A stretch of DNA of 64,000 nt from positions 32,001 through 96,000 of the forward strand of contig CAVOKF010000004.1 in assembly GCA_963696385.1 (NCBI GenBank). Reading direction: 5' to 3'. Under the pieces are notes generated by a model. That model searched no databases. It was not told the origin of the DNA and saw only the letters and a list, made by a program, of their open reading frames with translations. Positions 29,558 to 40,769 of this stretch are shown here, in pieces; positions within the stretch are counted from its first letter, which is position 1; the number at the start of each line of letters is the position of its first letter. This DNA is from an uncultured delta proteobacterium (GTDB lineage: Bacteria; Myxococcota_A; Polyangia; Polyangiales; Polyangiaceae). Made by a program: the position numbers and the translations under genes.

Positions 29558-31459
29558 ATGTCGGCAGCGCTACCCGAAAAGGGACCCGGCGGCCCAGCCG
29601 GTTCGCAAGGAGGGGTGATGACGTCGGCAACTTCGACCGAGTTTCGCGTGGGCGAATGCCTGCCCGGCACCGGGTGGGTGATGCATCGGGTCCTGGGCCG
29701 GGGCGGCATGGGCCTCGTTCTCGAAGTCGGCAAAGGTCGAAACTTCCGCGCAGCCATGAAGATCCTGCGTCCGCCGCCCGGGCGCGTCGCGGAGTTCGAA
29801 GCCCGCTTCGAGGAAGAGGCGGAAGTGATGACGCGCTTGCGCCACCCCAACATCGTCCAGGTGTTCGACTGCGGAGTCCTCCAAGACGGCTCGCCGTTTC
29901 TGCTGATGGAACTTCTCCGCGGACGGACGATGCGCACCGTGTCCCGAGAGGACCCCGCGCCGCTTGCGGCACACGCCGTCTGGAAGATTGTCGGCCAGAT
30001 TTGTGCCGGACTGACCTATGCGCACGGCGATAGCCCACCCGTCGTGCATCGGGACATCAAACCAACCAACATCTTTCTGCACTCCGCGCGCTCCTTCGAA
30101 GACCAAGTCAAATTGCTCGACTTCGGCATTGCCCAGGTCCTGCCCGATGCCGAGCAAGCCCCCGACGACTCCGTCGTGGGAACGCCCTTCTACATGGCGC
30201 CCGAGGTGCTGCGTAACGAGCCCATCGGCCCGAAGGCCGATCTGTATGCGCTCGCGGTTCTCGTCTACGCGCTTTTGACCCAAGCCTACCCGTGGCCGGT
30301 CAACATTCACTCGGCGGTCGCCGTCACCGAAGCGCACCTGGTGCTGCGGCCCATGGCGCCGTCTCGCTGGAAAAGCTGGATTCCGAAACGCGTCGACGAT
30401 TGCTTGATGCGTGCCCTGGCGAAGAACCCCGATGACCGGCAGGCGAGCGTCGCCGCGTTCTACCAAGAGCTCGCCGATCTCGAATTCGCCGACGATCGCC
30501 CGGCGAAGGTCCACGCCAAGGCCTCGAGCGTGGCCGCGATCCATCCCCCGGCCGGTGGAGCGAAGGACCCCGTCCCGAGCCCGGTCCGCGAGGCCACGCC
30601 CCCCGAGCGCTTGCTTCGAGCCGCGACCCGAGCGTCGCTCGGGCGCGTAGACTCTCGTGTCGGCCCCCCGGTCGTGGGGCGCGAGCCGGGCCGCGACACG
30701 ATTTGGCGGCCAATCCCACGGCCGAGCCCCGCGAACCCCAACCCCGCCCGGACCGCGAGCGAACCCCCCGCCCCCGAAGGGGATGCGACGGCGTCCGGAC
30801 AGGCCCTCCGCGTGGCCGCCCCGAGGGCGGGGGCCGCGGAGCGGCGCGCGGCGCGGCGATCGCGCGCGGCCCCCGCCGCCCTCGCTCTCGGGACCGCCGC
30901 CCTGCTGACGACCGCCGTCTGGATCGACTGGAGAGCCGGGCACCCCGCGCGGTCGATCGAGCCCGCGTCCCCCGCGGAACGACCGTCGGCCCTCACGCTG
31001 GCGCTGGCTCCGCCGGTCGATCCGGCCGCCGTCCCCGAAGTGGCCCCGACCGAGCCCGCTGCCGAACGCGACGCCGCCGATGCGCGCGGGCCGGCGGTGC
31101 GTACCCAAGCCGTGCCGACGGCGCCCAAAGGCCCGAGCGAAGTGCGTCGACCCCCGGCCACCCCGCCTCACCCCTCCCGCCTCGCCCCTCCGGTACCCAG
31201 TAACCCCCCCGACGACTTCATTTCTCGCCCCACGCCTGCCCACTTCGGAGAGGCCGATGCCGGCGTCGGGCCGAACTGGAGCGCCCCCGGCGACCGTTCC
31301 GCGCGAGAAAGCGCCTCGCCCCCTCAATCCTCCGCCGCCGCTGGTCGCAGCACCAGCGCACCCGACCCCGTGCCCTCGAACCTCGACGACTACTTCTTTG
31401 GCCGCAAGCCGCTTCCCCCCGCAATCCCTGCGCCCTCTTCCCTACCGGCCGGCCGATGA
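29558..31459 (+). CDS. Membrane Ser/Thr protein kinase
   Basis: GRGGMG, AMK, HRDIKPTN, DFG, GTPFYMAPE; TM helix and Pro-rich tail. Confidence 0.93.
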   Translation: MSAALPEKGPGGPAGSQGGVMTSATSTEFRVGECLPGTGWVMHRVLGRGGMGLVLEVGKGRNFRAAMKILRPPPGRVAEFEARFEEEAEVMTRLRHPNIVQVFDCGVLQDGSPFLLMELLRGRTMRTVSREDPAPLAAHAVWKIVGQICAGLTYAHGDSPPVVHRDIKPTNIFLHSARSFEDQVKLLDFGIAQVLPDAEQAPDDSVVGTPFYMAPEVLRNEPIGPKADLYALAVLVYALLTQAYPWPVNIHSAVAVTEAHLVLRPMAPSRWKSWIPKRVDDCLMRALAKNPDDRQASVAAFYQELADLEFADDRPAKVHAKASSVAAIHPPAGGAKDPVPSPVREATPPERLLRAATRASLGRVDSRVGPPVVGREPGRDTIWRPIPRPSPANPNPARTASEPPAPEGDATASGQALRVAAPRAGAAERRAARRSRAAPAALALGTAALLTTAVWIDWRAGHPARSIEPASPAERPSALTLALAPPVDPAAVPEVAPTEPAAERDAADARGPAVRTQAVPTAPKGPSEVRRPPATPPHPSRLAPPVPSNPPDDFISRPTPAHFGEADAGVGPNWSAPGDRSARESASPPQSSAAAGRSTSAPDPVPSNLDDYFFGRKPLPPAIPAPSSLPAGR

Positions 31460-32046
31460 ACCCCCGTGGCCCGAACGACCCCAACTCCCACGGCCCTGCC
31501 GCGGAGCCACCCGATCGGCCCGAGTCGCCGCCCGCCGGGTCGGACGATCTGCACCGGGCCCGGACCGCGACCCGAGGGCATCCCTCCATCCCGGACGAGG
31601 CCCGAGAAGCCGAGAATCGCTCGGATGATCGCGCTCGGCGTGCACCCTCGGATGGCTCGGTGGCTCCGGTCCTGGCAAGACAGCGATCCTGGCGAGGACT
31701 GGGTCGGACCGGACCGGCGACGACCGCGAACCCCCCTCGGCCCGAGGCCCGCTCCCTCGTCCCCGGTCGCGATCCGCGCCACCTCCGACGGCGGCGACTT
31801 CGTGCAGTACAGCGGAACCTCGTCCCCCGCGCCGGCCCACGAGCCCCCGCCCGAACCGCCCAGCATCCTGCTGGCGGAGCCGCGAGAAGACCGGGGGCGC
31901 GGGGAGCCGACCGTGCGGATCGGGCGACGCCGGCGACGATGCGAGTTCGATTGGATGTTCCGGAGGCGATGACCCACACGACGGGCTGACTTTCGACGGG
32001 GAGCGTGGGCGGTGCTGCGACGCGAATGCTTGCGAAGGCTGGGGAT

Positions 32047-33067
32047 GATGGCGGGGCTTCTCGTAGGGCCTCTGCCGGCCATGTCGTGGGCCTGGGCGGC
32101 GGCTCCCCCCGCCGACGCCGCCGAGGCGCCCGCCGCGCGCGCGACGGCGCTGGTCCGGCAAGGCCTCGCGCTCTTCCAGCAGGGACGGTACGAGCAGGCG
32201 CGCAGCGCGTTGACTCAGGCGTACGCCCTCCATCCGCAAGTGGAGACGCTCGCCGAGCTCGGGTTCGCGGAGCTCGAAGCCGGTCACCCCGTGGAAGCCG
32301 TCCAGCACCTCAGGCAGTACGTGGAGCAAGCCGGCGAGTCCGCGGAGAAGTTCTCCCTTGTGCGCGACAACTGGTTGCCGCGCGCCGAGCGCCAGACCGT
32401 TCAACTGTGGATCTTCGCCCGAGACAGCGCCGAGATTCGGGTCGACGGGATCGTCGCGCCGCACACGCCCCCCGGCGACCGTCCGGCCATCGGAGAGCCG
32501 ATCGTGTCGCAGGTGATCGCCCCCGGAGAGCACGACGTGAGCGTCCGAGACGGCGCGTTCGTGGCATCGCAGCATGTCGTGGCGCTTGCCGGATCGTTCG
32601 TGAGCTTGCCCTTCGAGGGCGTCCCCCTGGCGCCGGTTTTCTGGGACGAGCTCCCCCCCGCGCTCTCACCGCCCGAGACGCGTCGGCCCGGCCGCGCGCC
32701 CCCGTGGATCCCCGTGATCGCGATCGAATCGGCGGCGGTCGTCGCGGCCGGCGTAGGGGTGGGCTTCGGCCTGGCCTACGAGCACGAAAAATCGACAGCC
32801 GATGGCCTGAGCGCGCAAGTGGGTCCTTCGGGATGCTTGGCTCCCGCGCTGACCGCCTGCGGGCCGCTTCACGCGGACCGCCGCGCCGAGCGCACCGATG
32901 CCGAGTTCGCGCGCGGATTCTACGCGGGGGCGGGAGCCGTGGCTGTCCTCGGAGCGGTCGCCTGGTTCGTCTGGCCGTCGCCCAAGGGGCCGATGGCCAG
33001 CACCCCGCAGCCTGCGATCGTGATGGGCCCCCGAGCCACCGAAGCCGTACTCACGGGGGCCTGGTAG
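32047..33067 (+). CDS. TPR plus PEGA-like secreted/membrane protein
   Basis: Signal peptide, GLALFQQGRYEQA TPR, AEIRVDG...PGEHDV. Confidence 0.75.
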
Positions 33068-33144
33068 GAGCGCGATGGAGGAGGAGCCCTCGCAGCGACG
33101 CGAAACGCCACGACCGCCGTAGGGAGAAGAAGGGTTGCAACGCG

Positions 33145-34554
33145 ATGCCCAACATCATGAACGAGGACGCCACGACGCAACCCTTCAGCGAGACGGCCGA
33201 GGTCGTCTCGGTCTGCGGCGGCCGCATCGAGGTGCTCGACGAGGACGCCAGCCTGCAAGTCGGGGTCAAACCGCAAATGATCGGACGGTCCCCGCGCTGC
33301 GATCTCGTGCTCGACGACAGGACGGTCAGCGCGTTGCACGTGGAGGTGCAGGCGACTCCGCTCGGCGTGCGCGTGCTCGACTTGAAGTCGCGCAACGGCT
33401 CGTTCCTCTTCGACGCCCGATTCAACGAAGTGCACCTGAACGGCCAGTGGGATCTGCGCTGCGGCGCCAAGCGGCTTCGCTTCATTCCCGATCCCCCCCA
33501 CGACGTCGTCGTCGATGGCCGGCATCGCTTCGGCGACCTCACGGGCACGACGCCGGACATGGTCAAGCTCTTCGGCGTCCTGCACCGGCTCGCCCCAAGC
33601 TCCGTGTCGATCCTGATCCGGGGCGAGACCGGCACAGGCAAGGAACGCATCGCCCGCGCGATCCACGACGAAAGCCCGCGCCGCCACAAACCATTCCACG
33701 CCATCAACTGCGCCGCCTTGACCGAGACGCTCCTCGAAGCGGAGCTCTTCGGTCACGTCCGCGGGGCCTTCACCGGCGCCGACCGGGAACGCAAGGGTCT
33801 CTTCGTCGAGGCCCATGGCGGAACGATCCTCTTCGATGAGGTGGCCCAGATGAGCCCGGGCATGCAGGCCAAGCTGCTGCGCGTGCTCGAAAACAAGGAA
33901 GTCCGCCCCATCGGCAGCGATCGCACCCGCAAGGTCGACGTGCGGACGCTCTTCGCCACCCACGTGGATCTGAGGCATGCCGTCAATCTCGGACGGTTCC
34001 GCGAGGATCTCTTCTTTCGGATCGCGCACGTGACCGTCGAAATCCCCCCGCTCCGCGAGCGGATGGACGATCTCCCCTTCTTAATCCAAGGCATTGTCGA
34101 GGACCTGGGCCGCCCCAACGCCCGAGTCGACGACCCCGGCATGACGCTGCTGCTCGCCAGCGAGTGGCCCGGCAACATCCGGGAATTGAAAAATCTCTTG
34201 GAGGTGGCTCTCGTCGGCGCGACCGACGACGTGATCGCGTTCGACGACCTGCGGCCGGCCCTTTCCGAGCACCCTGCCCTGCAGTCCGAAATGGGTCTCT
34301 ACGACGCCGCCAAGCAAGAGTTCGATCGGCGCTTCTACACGCGCTTGTTTGCCGCATGCCGCGGCAACGTCACGCGCATCGCCCAGCGCGCCGGCAAGCA
34401 ACGGCACACTGTGCGCGAGGCCTTGCGCGCCATCGGCTTGGTCGCGGGACCGGACCCGGACGGAGAAGGGGACGGGGATGGGGATGACCGGGCGATCTCG
34501 GCTCCCCGGCGGTTGCCGGTCGGGGGTCGACCTCCGGGCAAGAGGCTTCCGTGA
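33145..34554 (+). CDS. FHA-domain sigma54-dependent transcriptional activator
   Basis: IGRS...VSALH...DLKSRNGS FHA; GETGTGKE, GAFTGA, WPGNIREL; Fis-like HTH. Confidence 0.93.
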   Translation: MPNIMNEDATTQPFSETAEVVSVCGGRIEVLDEDASLQVGVKPQMIGRSPRCDLVLDDRTVSALHVEVQATPLGVRVLDLKSRNGSFLFDARFNEVHLNGQWDLRCGAKRLRFIPDPPHDVVVDGRHRFGDLTGTTPDMVKLFGVLHRLAPSSVSILIRGETGTGKERIARAIHDESPRRHKPFHAINCAALTETLLEAELFGHVRGAFTGADRERKGLFVEAHGGTILFDEVAQMSPGMQAKLLRVLENKEVRPIGSDRTRKVDVRTLFATHVDLRHAVNLGRFREDLFFRIAHVTVEIPPLRERMDDLPFLIQGIVEDLGRPNARVDDPGMTLLLASEWPGNIRELKNLLEVALVGATDDVIAFDDLRPALSEHPALQSEMGLYDAAKQEFDRRFYTRLFAACRGNVTRIAQRAGKQRHTVREALRAIGLVAGPDPDGEGDGDGDDRAISAPRRLPVGGRPPGKRLP

Positions 34555-34573
34555 AGGGGGAGGTTCGTCAGCG

Positions 34574-35485
34574 ATGACTCGGGCTACGTGTGGGGGTGGA
34601 GCGCTTCGTCGTGACGAAGGCGCGGCCTCTGTGCGGGCGGGGGCGGCTCGGCGTGCACCCGGTCGAACGCGTGGGGGACTGGTATCGCTTCGCGCGGGGC
34701 GCGCCGCGAACGACGGCGCCGGTTGCGCCGTGACCCGCGGGATCCGTTGGAGGCTCGCTAGCGGGGCCGCGTTTGTCGTGGGCCTCTTCGCCGCCGGGTG
34801 CGTCACGCCGGACCCGTGCGGGGACGAGGGCTGGTGCGTGGAAGACGGTGGGGGTGGCGACACCGCGGCGGTGGCTCTGGAGGCCGGCGCTGACGGTGCG
34901 ACGGACTCGGCCCGGACGGATGCGCCGGGTTTGGACGGAGGCTCGAACACGGCTGTGGCGGACGCGACGGTGGAGTCGTCGGACGGGGCGTCGGCAATTG
35001 ACGATGCCGCCGACGGGTGGGCGGACGCGTGGCCGTTCGACGGCTCGGCGGATGCGGGGGACGCGGATGGGGGTGTGCTGGGGTCCGAAGCCGGCGCCGC
35101 CGCGCCGTTGCTCGGAACGTGGACGCTGAAGGGAACCGAGACCTACTCGTGTCCCGATGCGTCCGGACTGTCGGCCGACGGTTCGGTGATCGCCGATCCG
35201 GTCTCGGAAAGCGTCACGTTCCGCGCGGGGCCGGAGTCGACGGATGCTGGCCAAGTGGATCTGCTGTTCGACGCGGGGCAGGGGTGTGCGCTCGGCATGG
35301 TCGTCGAGGCCGGCGTCGCGTCACTCGTTTCCGAGCCCCAGACCTGCGCGCTCGGGGGGGATGCGACGTATTGGGACTTCACGTCAGTGGTGGTTTCGCC
35401 GTTCATGGGATCTTTCGAGATCACCGAGGTGTTTACCGATCGCACGGGATGCACGTACGGGATTGAAGGTCCCTTGACACGATAA
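34574..35485 (+). CDS. Putative lipoprotein (true start may be GTG ~34730), paralog of 491..1162
   Basis: FAAGC lipobox, DAG-rich linker, shared C-terminal domain. Confidence 0.7.
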   Translation: MTRATCGGGALRRDEGAASVRAGAARRAPGRTRGGLVSLRAGRAANDGAGCAVTRGIRWRLASGAAFVVGLFAAGCVTPDPCGDEGWCVEDGGGGDTAAVALEAGADGATDSARTDAPGLDGGSNTAVADATVESSDGASAIDDAADGWADAWPFDGSADAGDADGGVLGSEAGAAAPLLGTWTLKGTETYSCPDASGLSADGSVIADPVSESVTFRAGPESTDAGQVDLLFDAGQGCALGMVVEAGVASLVSEPQTCALGGDATYWDFTSVVVSPFMGSFEITEVFTDRTGCTYGIEGPLTR

Positions 35486-36259
35486 GCGAGGTCGATAGGC
35501 AGAATGCGAAGACGCGGAAACTTTCATGTTCTCGGGCTTCGGCCGACCTGGCTATTTTGCCGGAAGTGACCCATCGGAGGCGGGATCGCGGCTTGAAGAG
35601 GGGCGAGTGGGCGAGCGGGTACCGCGCTCAGCGTCGTCGTCCGAGCAGGACGACGCACCATCGGCTCGGTCAGTTGTTTCGATTCTCAGCCACGCGCTCG
35701 CTTCCAGCGATAAAACTGTGCGCTGGGCTACCTTCGCTGCGTTGGTTGGAGAGCATCTGGCGCCAGGTGCGACTCCGACGACGGGCTCGTTCAACGTAGG
35801 GCTCGGCGCCAGCCGAAGGAAGGCCGCGACCGTGAGCGAGAACGCAATCGCGATCGGCGCGAGCGCGAGCACTCGGCGGGCGTCCCGAGCATTGCCCTGG
35901 AGCTGTGCGGTGAGGGCTTGATGATCGGCGGGGCAATCCCTGGCGGTCAACTTGTTCGAGCGGCGATTGGTGTAGAGAACGATACGATTCATCTGACATT
36001 CTTGCTTTCTGGGTGCCGCTTGATTGCGGCTTGAAGTTCGCCCCAAGCCCGGGGAATGATGGGAGATGCGATGGGGGAATCGCCGGTGGGTCCGTGGGGT
36101 ACCCCTTCACCGCAGACACGTTTTGCGGATGGGAAGTCAGCAGTTACAAGCTGTTGGACGCCTCCAATTCTCCCCGAGCTCATTGCGGGGGAGCGCCCGG
36201 AGCGTTCAGGTGCGACAGAAGTCCTTTCGCGCACTTACGCGCGATCACGACAAGTTCAG

Positions 36260-36982
36260 TTACCGAGCCTGAACGCGCTTGGCAGAAGAGACGCGCCGAT
36301 CCGCATCTAGGGCGTCCTGCTCAATGGCTTCGCAGCCCTGAAAGCGACGCCCCAGGTTATGAGCGACGATGCCCGTGGTGCCGTATCCGGCGAAGAAGTC
36401 GACCACCAGATCGCCCGGACGGCTGTGAGTCTGGATCAACCTTGCCAGAAGCGGCAGAGGACGACGGCAACTTCGCTCGGGGCGAAAGACCTGCTCGATG
36501 TCGTCCCACACGTTGCTGGCCTTCTTGAACTCGGTTTTGCCCGGTCGTTTTAGCTTTTTCCCGAGAAAAGGCGTGTTGAAGGTGGTTTGGTCGTCTCTCG
36601 CGGTCGCGGAGAACCATAGGATTTCGTCGCGACAGAAGAGATAGTTGCCGCCCTTGCCAAAGGCGCGCGACCTTTTCCAAGTGATCCAATTGCGGAAGTG
36701 CCAACTGCGCTCGATCCCTGCGACGACCTGAAAGACAGGATGCTGCCCGTGCTTGCCGATCGCCTGGAAGATGAGGAGCGACCCTGTCGGCTTAACCTTC
36801 CGGCGCGCCAACGCACACAGACCAACGAGCCACTCCGCGTAAGCACCCGCACTCTCCCACTGGTGATCCCAAAGGTCCCGGACGATCTTGAAGTACGGAG
36901 GGTCGATGAGAAAGAGGTCAACGGACTCATCGCTCAAGGCACCGAGAAACTTCTCGGCGTCGGCTGCCACCACGTAGTTCAC
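36260..36982 (-). CDS. Orphan N6-adenine/N4-cytosine DNA methyltransferase (beta class)
   Basis: IDPPY precedes DFFAGYGTT. Confidence 0.9.
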   Translation of the reverse strand: MNYVVAADAEKFLGALSDESVDLFLIDPPYFKIVRDLWDHQWESAGAYAEWLVGLCALARRKVKPTGSLLIFQAIGKHGQHPVFQVVAGIERSWHFRNWITWKRSRAFGKGGNYLFCRDEILWFSATARDDQTTFNTPFLGKKLKRPGKTEFKKASNVWDDIEQVFRPERSCRRPLPLLARLIQTHSRPGDLVVDFFAGYGTTGIVAHNLGRRFQGCEAIEQDALDADRRVSSAKRVQAR

Positions 36983-37112
36983 AAGGCGAGCGTATCAGTG
37001 AGCAGCGATGCCCGATGCACGTGCGGTACGGCCCTTGTACGGCCCGAATAGCATAAGAAGGGATCACCTCGCGGGCAAGCAGGTTTGCTTCACTCGACCG
37101 CTGCGTACGTGC

Positions 37113-37907
37113 CTATTGGACGCGGCCCCGGACCGCCACGATGCCCGCGTCGATCAACTGCCTTGCGATGCTGAGCTTGGGGGGCACCGGCGGGAGCGCG
37201 TCGACGTCAAACCATTCCGCCTCGTCGAGCTCCTTCCGATCGACGACGACGTCGCCGCCAGCGTAGCGCGCGTCAAATCCGATCATCACCTGGCTCGGAA
37301 ACGGCCAAGCTTGGCTACCAAAGTACCGAAGGTCATCGATCGCAACGCCCGTTTCCTCACGTACCTCACGTGCAGCGCACTGCTCGAGAGTTTCTCCTGG
37401 TTCGAGGAACCCCGCTACGAGCGCCCAGAAGGGGCGATCCCCAGCGTGGGTGAGGAGCAAGCGGCGGCCATCGTGAACCAGAACGATCACGGCGGGGGCG
37501 ATGCGCGGGTAGCAGTCGACGCCGCACGCTGGACAGCGCTTGGCGCGGTCGAGCGCCTGCGAGATGAGCGGGCCTCCGCATCGCCCGCAGTAGCGGTGAG
37601 TCTGTTCGAAGTGGATCAGCTCGGCTGCAGCGGAGAGGACGCCAAGAAGGTCGCTACCGATCGTCATGAACGCGGTGCGCAGCGAAACGAACCCGGCGCC
37701 TTGCCAGTGTTGCTCAAGCTCGGCGGCGAAGCATGGGCGACCGCCCAGTGTGCCGAGGTAAATGGTTTGCCTTGGATAGAGACCGAGAGCGTCGGGCGCC
37801 GCATGCAACGCACCCCTATCGTCGACCAGAACGCTGTTCCCGTGGAAGTAAAGCCAGGCAGCGCCGCGCGCGTCCGCCGGAGGCGTGACCGACGGGATGA
37901 AGGGCAT
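37113..37907 (-). CDS. nudC: NADH pyrophosphatase
   Basis: HRYCGRCG, CPACG..YPRIAPAVIV, Nudix box, SQAWPFP. Confidence 0.92.
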   Translation of the reverse strand: MPFIPSVTPPADARGAAWLYFHGNSVLVDDRGALHAAPDALGLYPRQTIYLGTLGGRPCFAAELEQHWQGAGFVSLRTAFMTIGSDLLGVLSAAAELIHFEQTHRYCGRCGGPLISQALDRAKRCPACGVDCYPRIAPAVIVLVHDGRRLLLTHAGDRPFWALVAGFLEPGETLEQCAAREVREETGVAIDDLRYFGSQAWPFPSQVMIGFDARYAGGDVVVDRKELDEAEWFDVDALPPVPPKLSIARQLIDAGIVAVRGRVQ

Positions 37908-38266
37908 AACTGCACGTTAGCAAGTACGATGTTGTCGAGCACCGTCCCAGGCCCGCGCATGGCTATCCGACGGCAACCGTCATTCAACGCCAGGACACCG
38001 CGGACTGCGCGGCGGGGATGGCATCGCGTCGGAATGCACGAGCAGACGATCGATCTCGGCAAAGTCGCACTTGCCTGTTGGTGTCCGACGCGGCCCTTGC
38101 CGTGCGGCTTGGCGGCAAGTTTTCATCCCAGAGGTCCGCTGGATGTCCGGAAGCGTGGCGGCTCCTTACGCGTCGCGCGCCGCTCCCAGCAACGAGGGAC
38201 GGGGTGAAGTCTGGCGCGTGCTATGCGCGTGCCGACGCCCCATCGGAATCGCGTTTGCCTTGCGAG

Positions 38267-38668
38267 CTACGGGGCAACCAGACGGCATCGAGCGGCGGCC
38301 CGCTCGTGGATTTCGTCGTCGGCGGTCACCAGGGGGAGGCCTTCCCTTTCGGCGAGCCAGACATAAATCGCGTCGGCTGCGCGCAGCCGCGTCGTGACGG
38401 ACACGCGTCGAATCCGTTGCGCACGCTTCGGACCAATCGTCACCAGCGTGGCGTGCGCAAGAAAGCCGCCGACGAAGCGGTCCACTTGAGCAGGCGTAAA
38501 GCCCGCACGCGCAAGTGCCGAGGCGACCTCGATCGGAAAGATCGCCGGGACGACGATGGCATCGCTGCCCCTCAAGAGCGGCGACAGATACGCAACCGAT
38601 GCGGCGTGACGCGGCTCACGGGGTCGAAGCGACGCGACCGCGACCGACGCGTCGAGCACGTACTTCAT
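38267..38668 (-). CDS. vapC: VapC PIN-domain toxin
   Basis: VLDASV...DAIYVWLA...LVTAD. Confidence 0.88.
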   Translation of the reverse strand: MKYVLDASVAVASLRPREPRHAASVAYLSPLLRGSDAIVVPAIFPIEVASALARAGFTPAQVDRFVGGFLAHATLVTIGPKRAQRIRRVSVTTRLRAADAIYVWLAEREGLPLVTADDEIHERAAARCRLVAP

Positions 38669-38934
38669 CGGCGCCCGCGCACCAGATCCTCAACGGCCGG
38701 GAACGTTGGATCGCCGCACTTCGTCGCGTCCTCGAAGAACGCACGAACCTCGTCGTCGGTCATGGCTTTGGCTCGACGACTTCGACGCATCGCAACCTCG
38801 ACCGGTACGATGGCGGCGGCCGGCTTGCCGTGGCGCAAGATCACGATGCGCTTCTTCTTGTGCTCGGCCTGGTCGACGAGGTTCGATAGATGCGCTTTGG
38901 CTTCGGCGAGCGAGGTTTTGATCACGAGGACCAT
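38665..38934 (-). CDS. Phd/YefM antitoxin
   Basis: SLAEAKAHLSNLVD...ILRHGKPAAAIVP; overlaps the toxin start. Confidence 0.88.
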   Translation of the reverse strand: MVLVIKTSLAEAKAHLSNLVDQAEHKKKRIVILRHGKPAAAIVPVEVAMRRSRRAKAMTDDEVRAFFEDATKCGDPTFPAVEDLVRGRR

Positions 38935-39202
38935 TATGACCAAACTCAAGGGGTCACGCACGCACGACGTCACCCTCGCCGTCTTGCACAGCTTGGGCGC
39001 ACGTTGGTTTGCCGACAGCGCCGGTCACCCGCTTGGGCAGCGTTCTATCCCCGAGGTTCGGTTGCGGTCAGGAGCGTGGCGAGCTCCTCGCGCATCGCGC
39101 GCCGGTCCACGACGAGGGACGGGATCGCTTGCTCGTCCGCCGTGGCGATGGCGTGCGTCAAACGATCGATGGCGGCCTGGAGGGCGGCGACGCGTCGATC
39201 GC

Positions 39203-39480
39203 GATTGCCCATTGAGGGGCGCTCCATTTCGGGATTGCCCAATGATTGCCCGACGCAGGGGTCAATTCGTTCGATCTCGTGAGATCTCGGATCGTCGATC
39301 GGGCTTGTTTGCCGGATATCCGTGTTTTTGTGGGACTGCCGATCAGCTTTAGGTTCCGCCGCCGCAAGGCGCGTGAGTGCGGACTTGTTCCCATGCGTTT
39401 TTTACGGGACTTAGTATGCTCTGCGACCCGCCCCCATTGACCCCCATCGGGTAATCGACGGGTATTCATCGGGTAATCAC
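39203..39480. other. att-like site: 24-bp tRNA-Leu core (39348-39371) with GATTGCCC repeats on the left and GGGTAATC repeats on the right
   Basis: TTTAGGTTCCGCCGCCGCAAGGCG identical to 55260-55283. Confidence 0.85.
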
Positions 39481-39703
39481 GGTACGCGTGGGGTCGTTCG
39501 ATGTCGAACCGAACCGTCGTCGGGCACGAGCCGCAAGGATTTCACGCGCCTACCGTTCGCCGCACTTGCCTCGGAGAGCCATGCTGCGAGTTGGCCTCTT
39601 TGCCACGGCGGACGGCTTTCGCCCCGGCGGGTCACGCGTCCGCGCTTGCGAGCACGGACGCGAGCTTGGCCCGGGCAGGTAGCCTCACGATAGGCTCTTC
39701 GAC

Positions 39704-40170
39704 GTGCAGACCTCGTGGCAGCCTCTCCTGGGCTCGCTGCTTGCGGCGGCGGTCGTCATCGTCGTTCAATCCTGGCGGCTCCGGTGCAAACGCGAGATCG
39801 CGCGGGCATACCATGCCGCTGCGACACGCGAAGAGAACCGTCGGGCCGGCGCGCAAGCCCGCACCCGTCGCGCTGTGAGCGGCGAGCAGGGCGCCTTCGC
39901 ACTCTTTGAACGCGCGGGTTACGAGGTGCTCGAGCGCCAAGTTCCCGGGTCCTGGACGTTGCTCGCCGACGGCGAGCCGGTCACGTTCGGTTTGCGCGCC
40001 GACTATCTCGTCGAACGCGAGGGCCGACGCTACATCGCCGAGGTGAAGACGGGGCGGGTGGCTCCCCGCCTTGCCCACGGTCCCACGCGAAGACAGCTCC
40101 TCGAATACAGCGCGGCATTCGAGGTTCACGGCGTCCTCCAGGTCGCGCTCGGCGGCCGCACGGATCTTGT
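39704..40170 (+). CDS. Membrane-anchored PD-(D/E)xK nuclease-like protein, 3' end uncertain
   Basis: N-terminal TM; LRADYLV...IAEVKTG. Confidence 0.55.
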
Positions 40171-40173
40171 GGT

Positions 40174-40461
40174 TCAAGCGGACCGGCGACGCGGACTGTG
40201 CTTGGCGAGCAAGCGAGCCATGACGGCTTCCCCGTCCTGCTCGGTGCCTGCGTCCTCGCGATCCCGACGGTCGAGTTCGTCCGCCATCCATTGCGGGACA
40301 GTTCCCTCGTGCGCATTGATGGCCTCGAGCTCCTCCGGATGTTTGGCCATGTCGTTCGCGAGGGCGTCGGCGAGTTCGGGCGCGAGGGCTTCGCCACGCT
40401 CGAGGCGTTCAGCGGCGAGACGAAGTGCGGCGGCCTGAAGACGGGGATCGTGTACGGACAT
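40174..40461 (-). CDS. Addiction-module-like antitoxin (orphan)
   Basis: VPQWMADELDRR...EAVMARL. Confidence 0.5.
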   Translation of the reverse strand: MSVHDPRLQAAALRLAAERLERGEALAPELADALANDMAKHPEELEAINAHEGTVPQWMADELDRRDREDAGTEQDGEAVMARLLAKHSPRRRSA

Positions 40462-40589
40462 CGCTTCAACTATAACGACTGTGCCGGGGGCCGCACGATA
40501 AGCGCACGCGCCGGGGCGTCGCTTGGTGCGAGCAAGCTGCCCTGGCAAACCACGACAAGCTGCCTGGCAAACCACGAGACGATGAACGC

Positions 40590-40762
40590 ATCGCTCGAGT
40601 TCCGGCTGGCTTCATCGACGACGAACGCCCGGAGCTTGGACTCATTCGACCACCGGTCACTTGTTGGGCCCGAGTAAAATAACAACGGAGCCGGACCCGA
40701 GTGTCACCCATGTCAATCGAACGGGTGTTACCCATGTTCCCGGACAAAAGTGTTACCTATGT
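40590..40762 (+). mobile_element. IS481-like right-end remnant with three GTGTYACCYATGT repeats
   Basis: Repeats at ~40701, 40724, 40750; preceded by GFIDDERPELGLIRP. Confidence 0.55.
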
Positions 40763-40769
40763 ACGCGCT

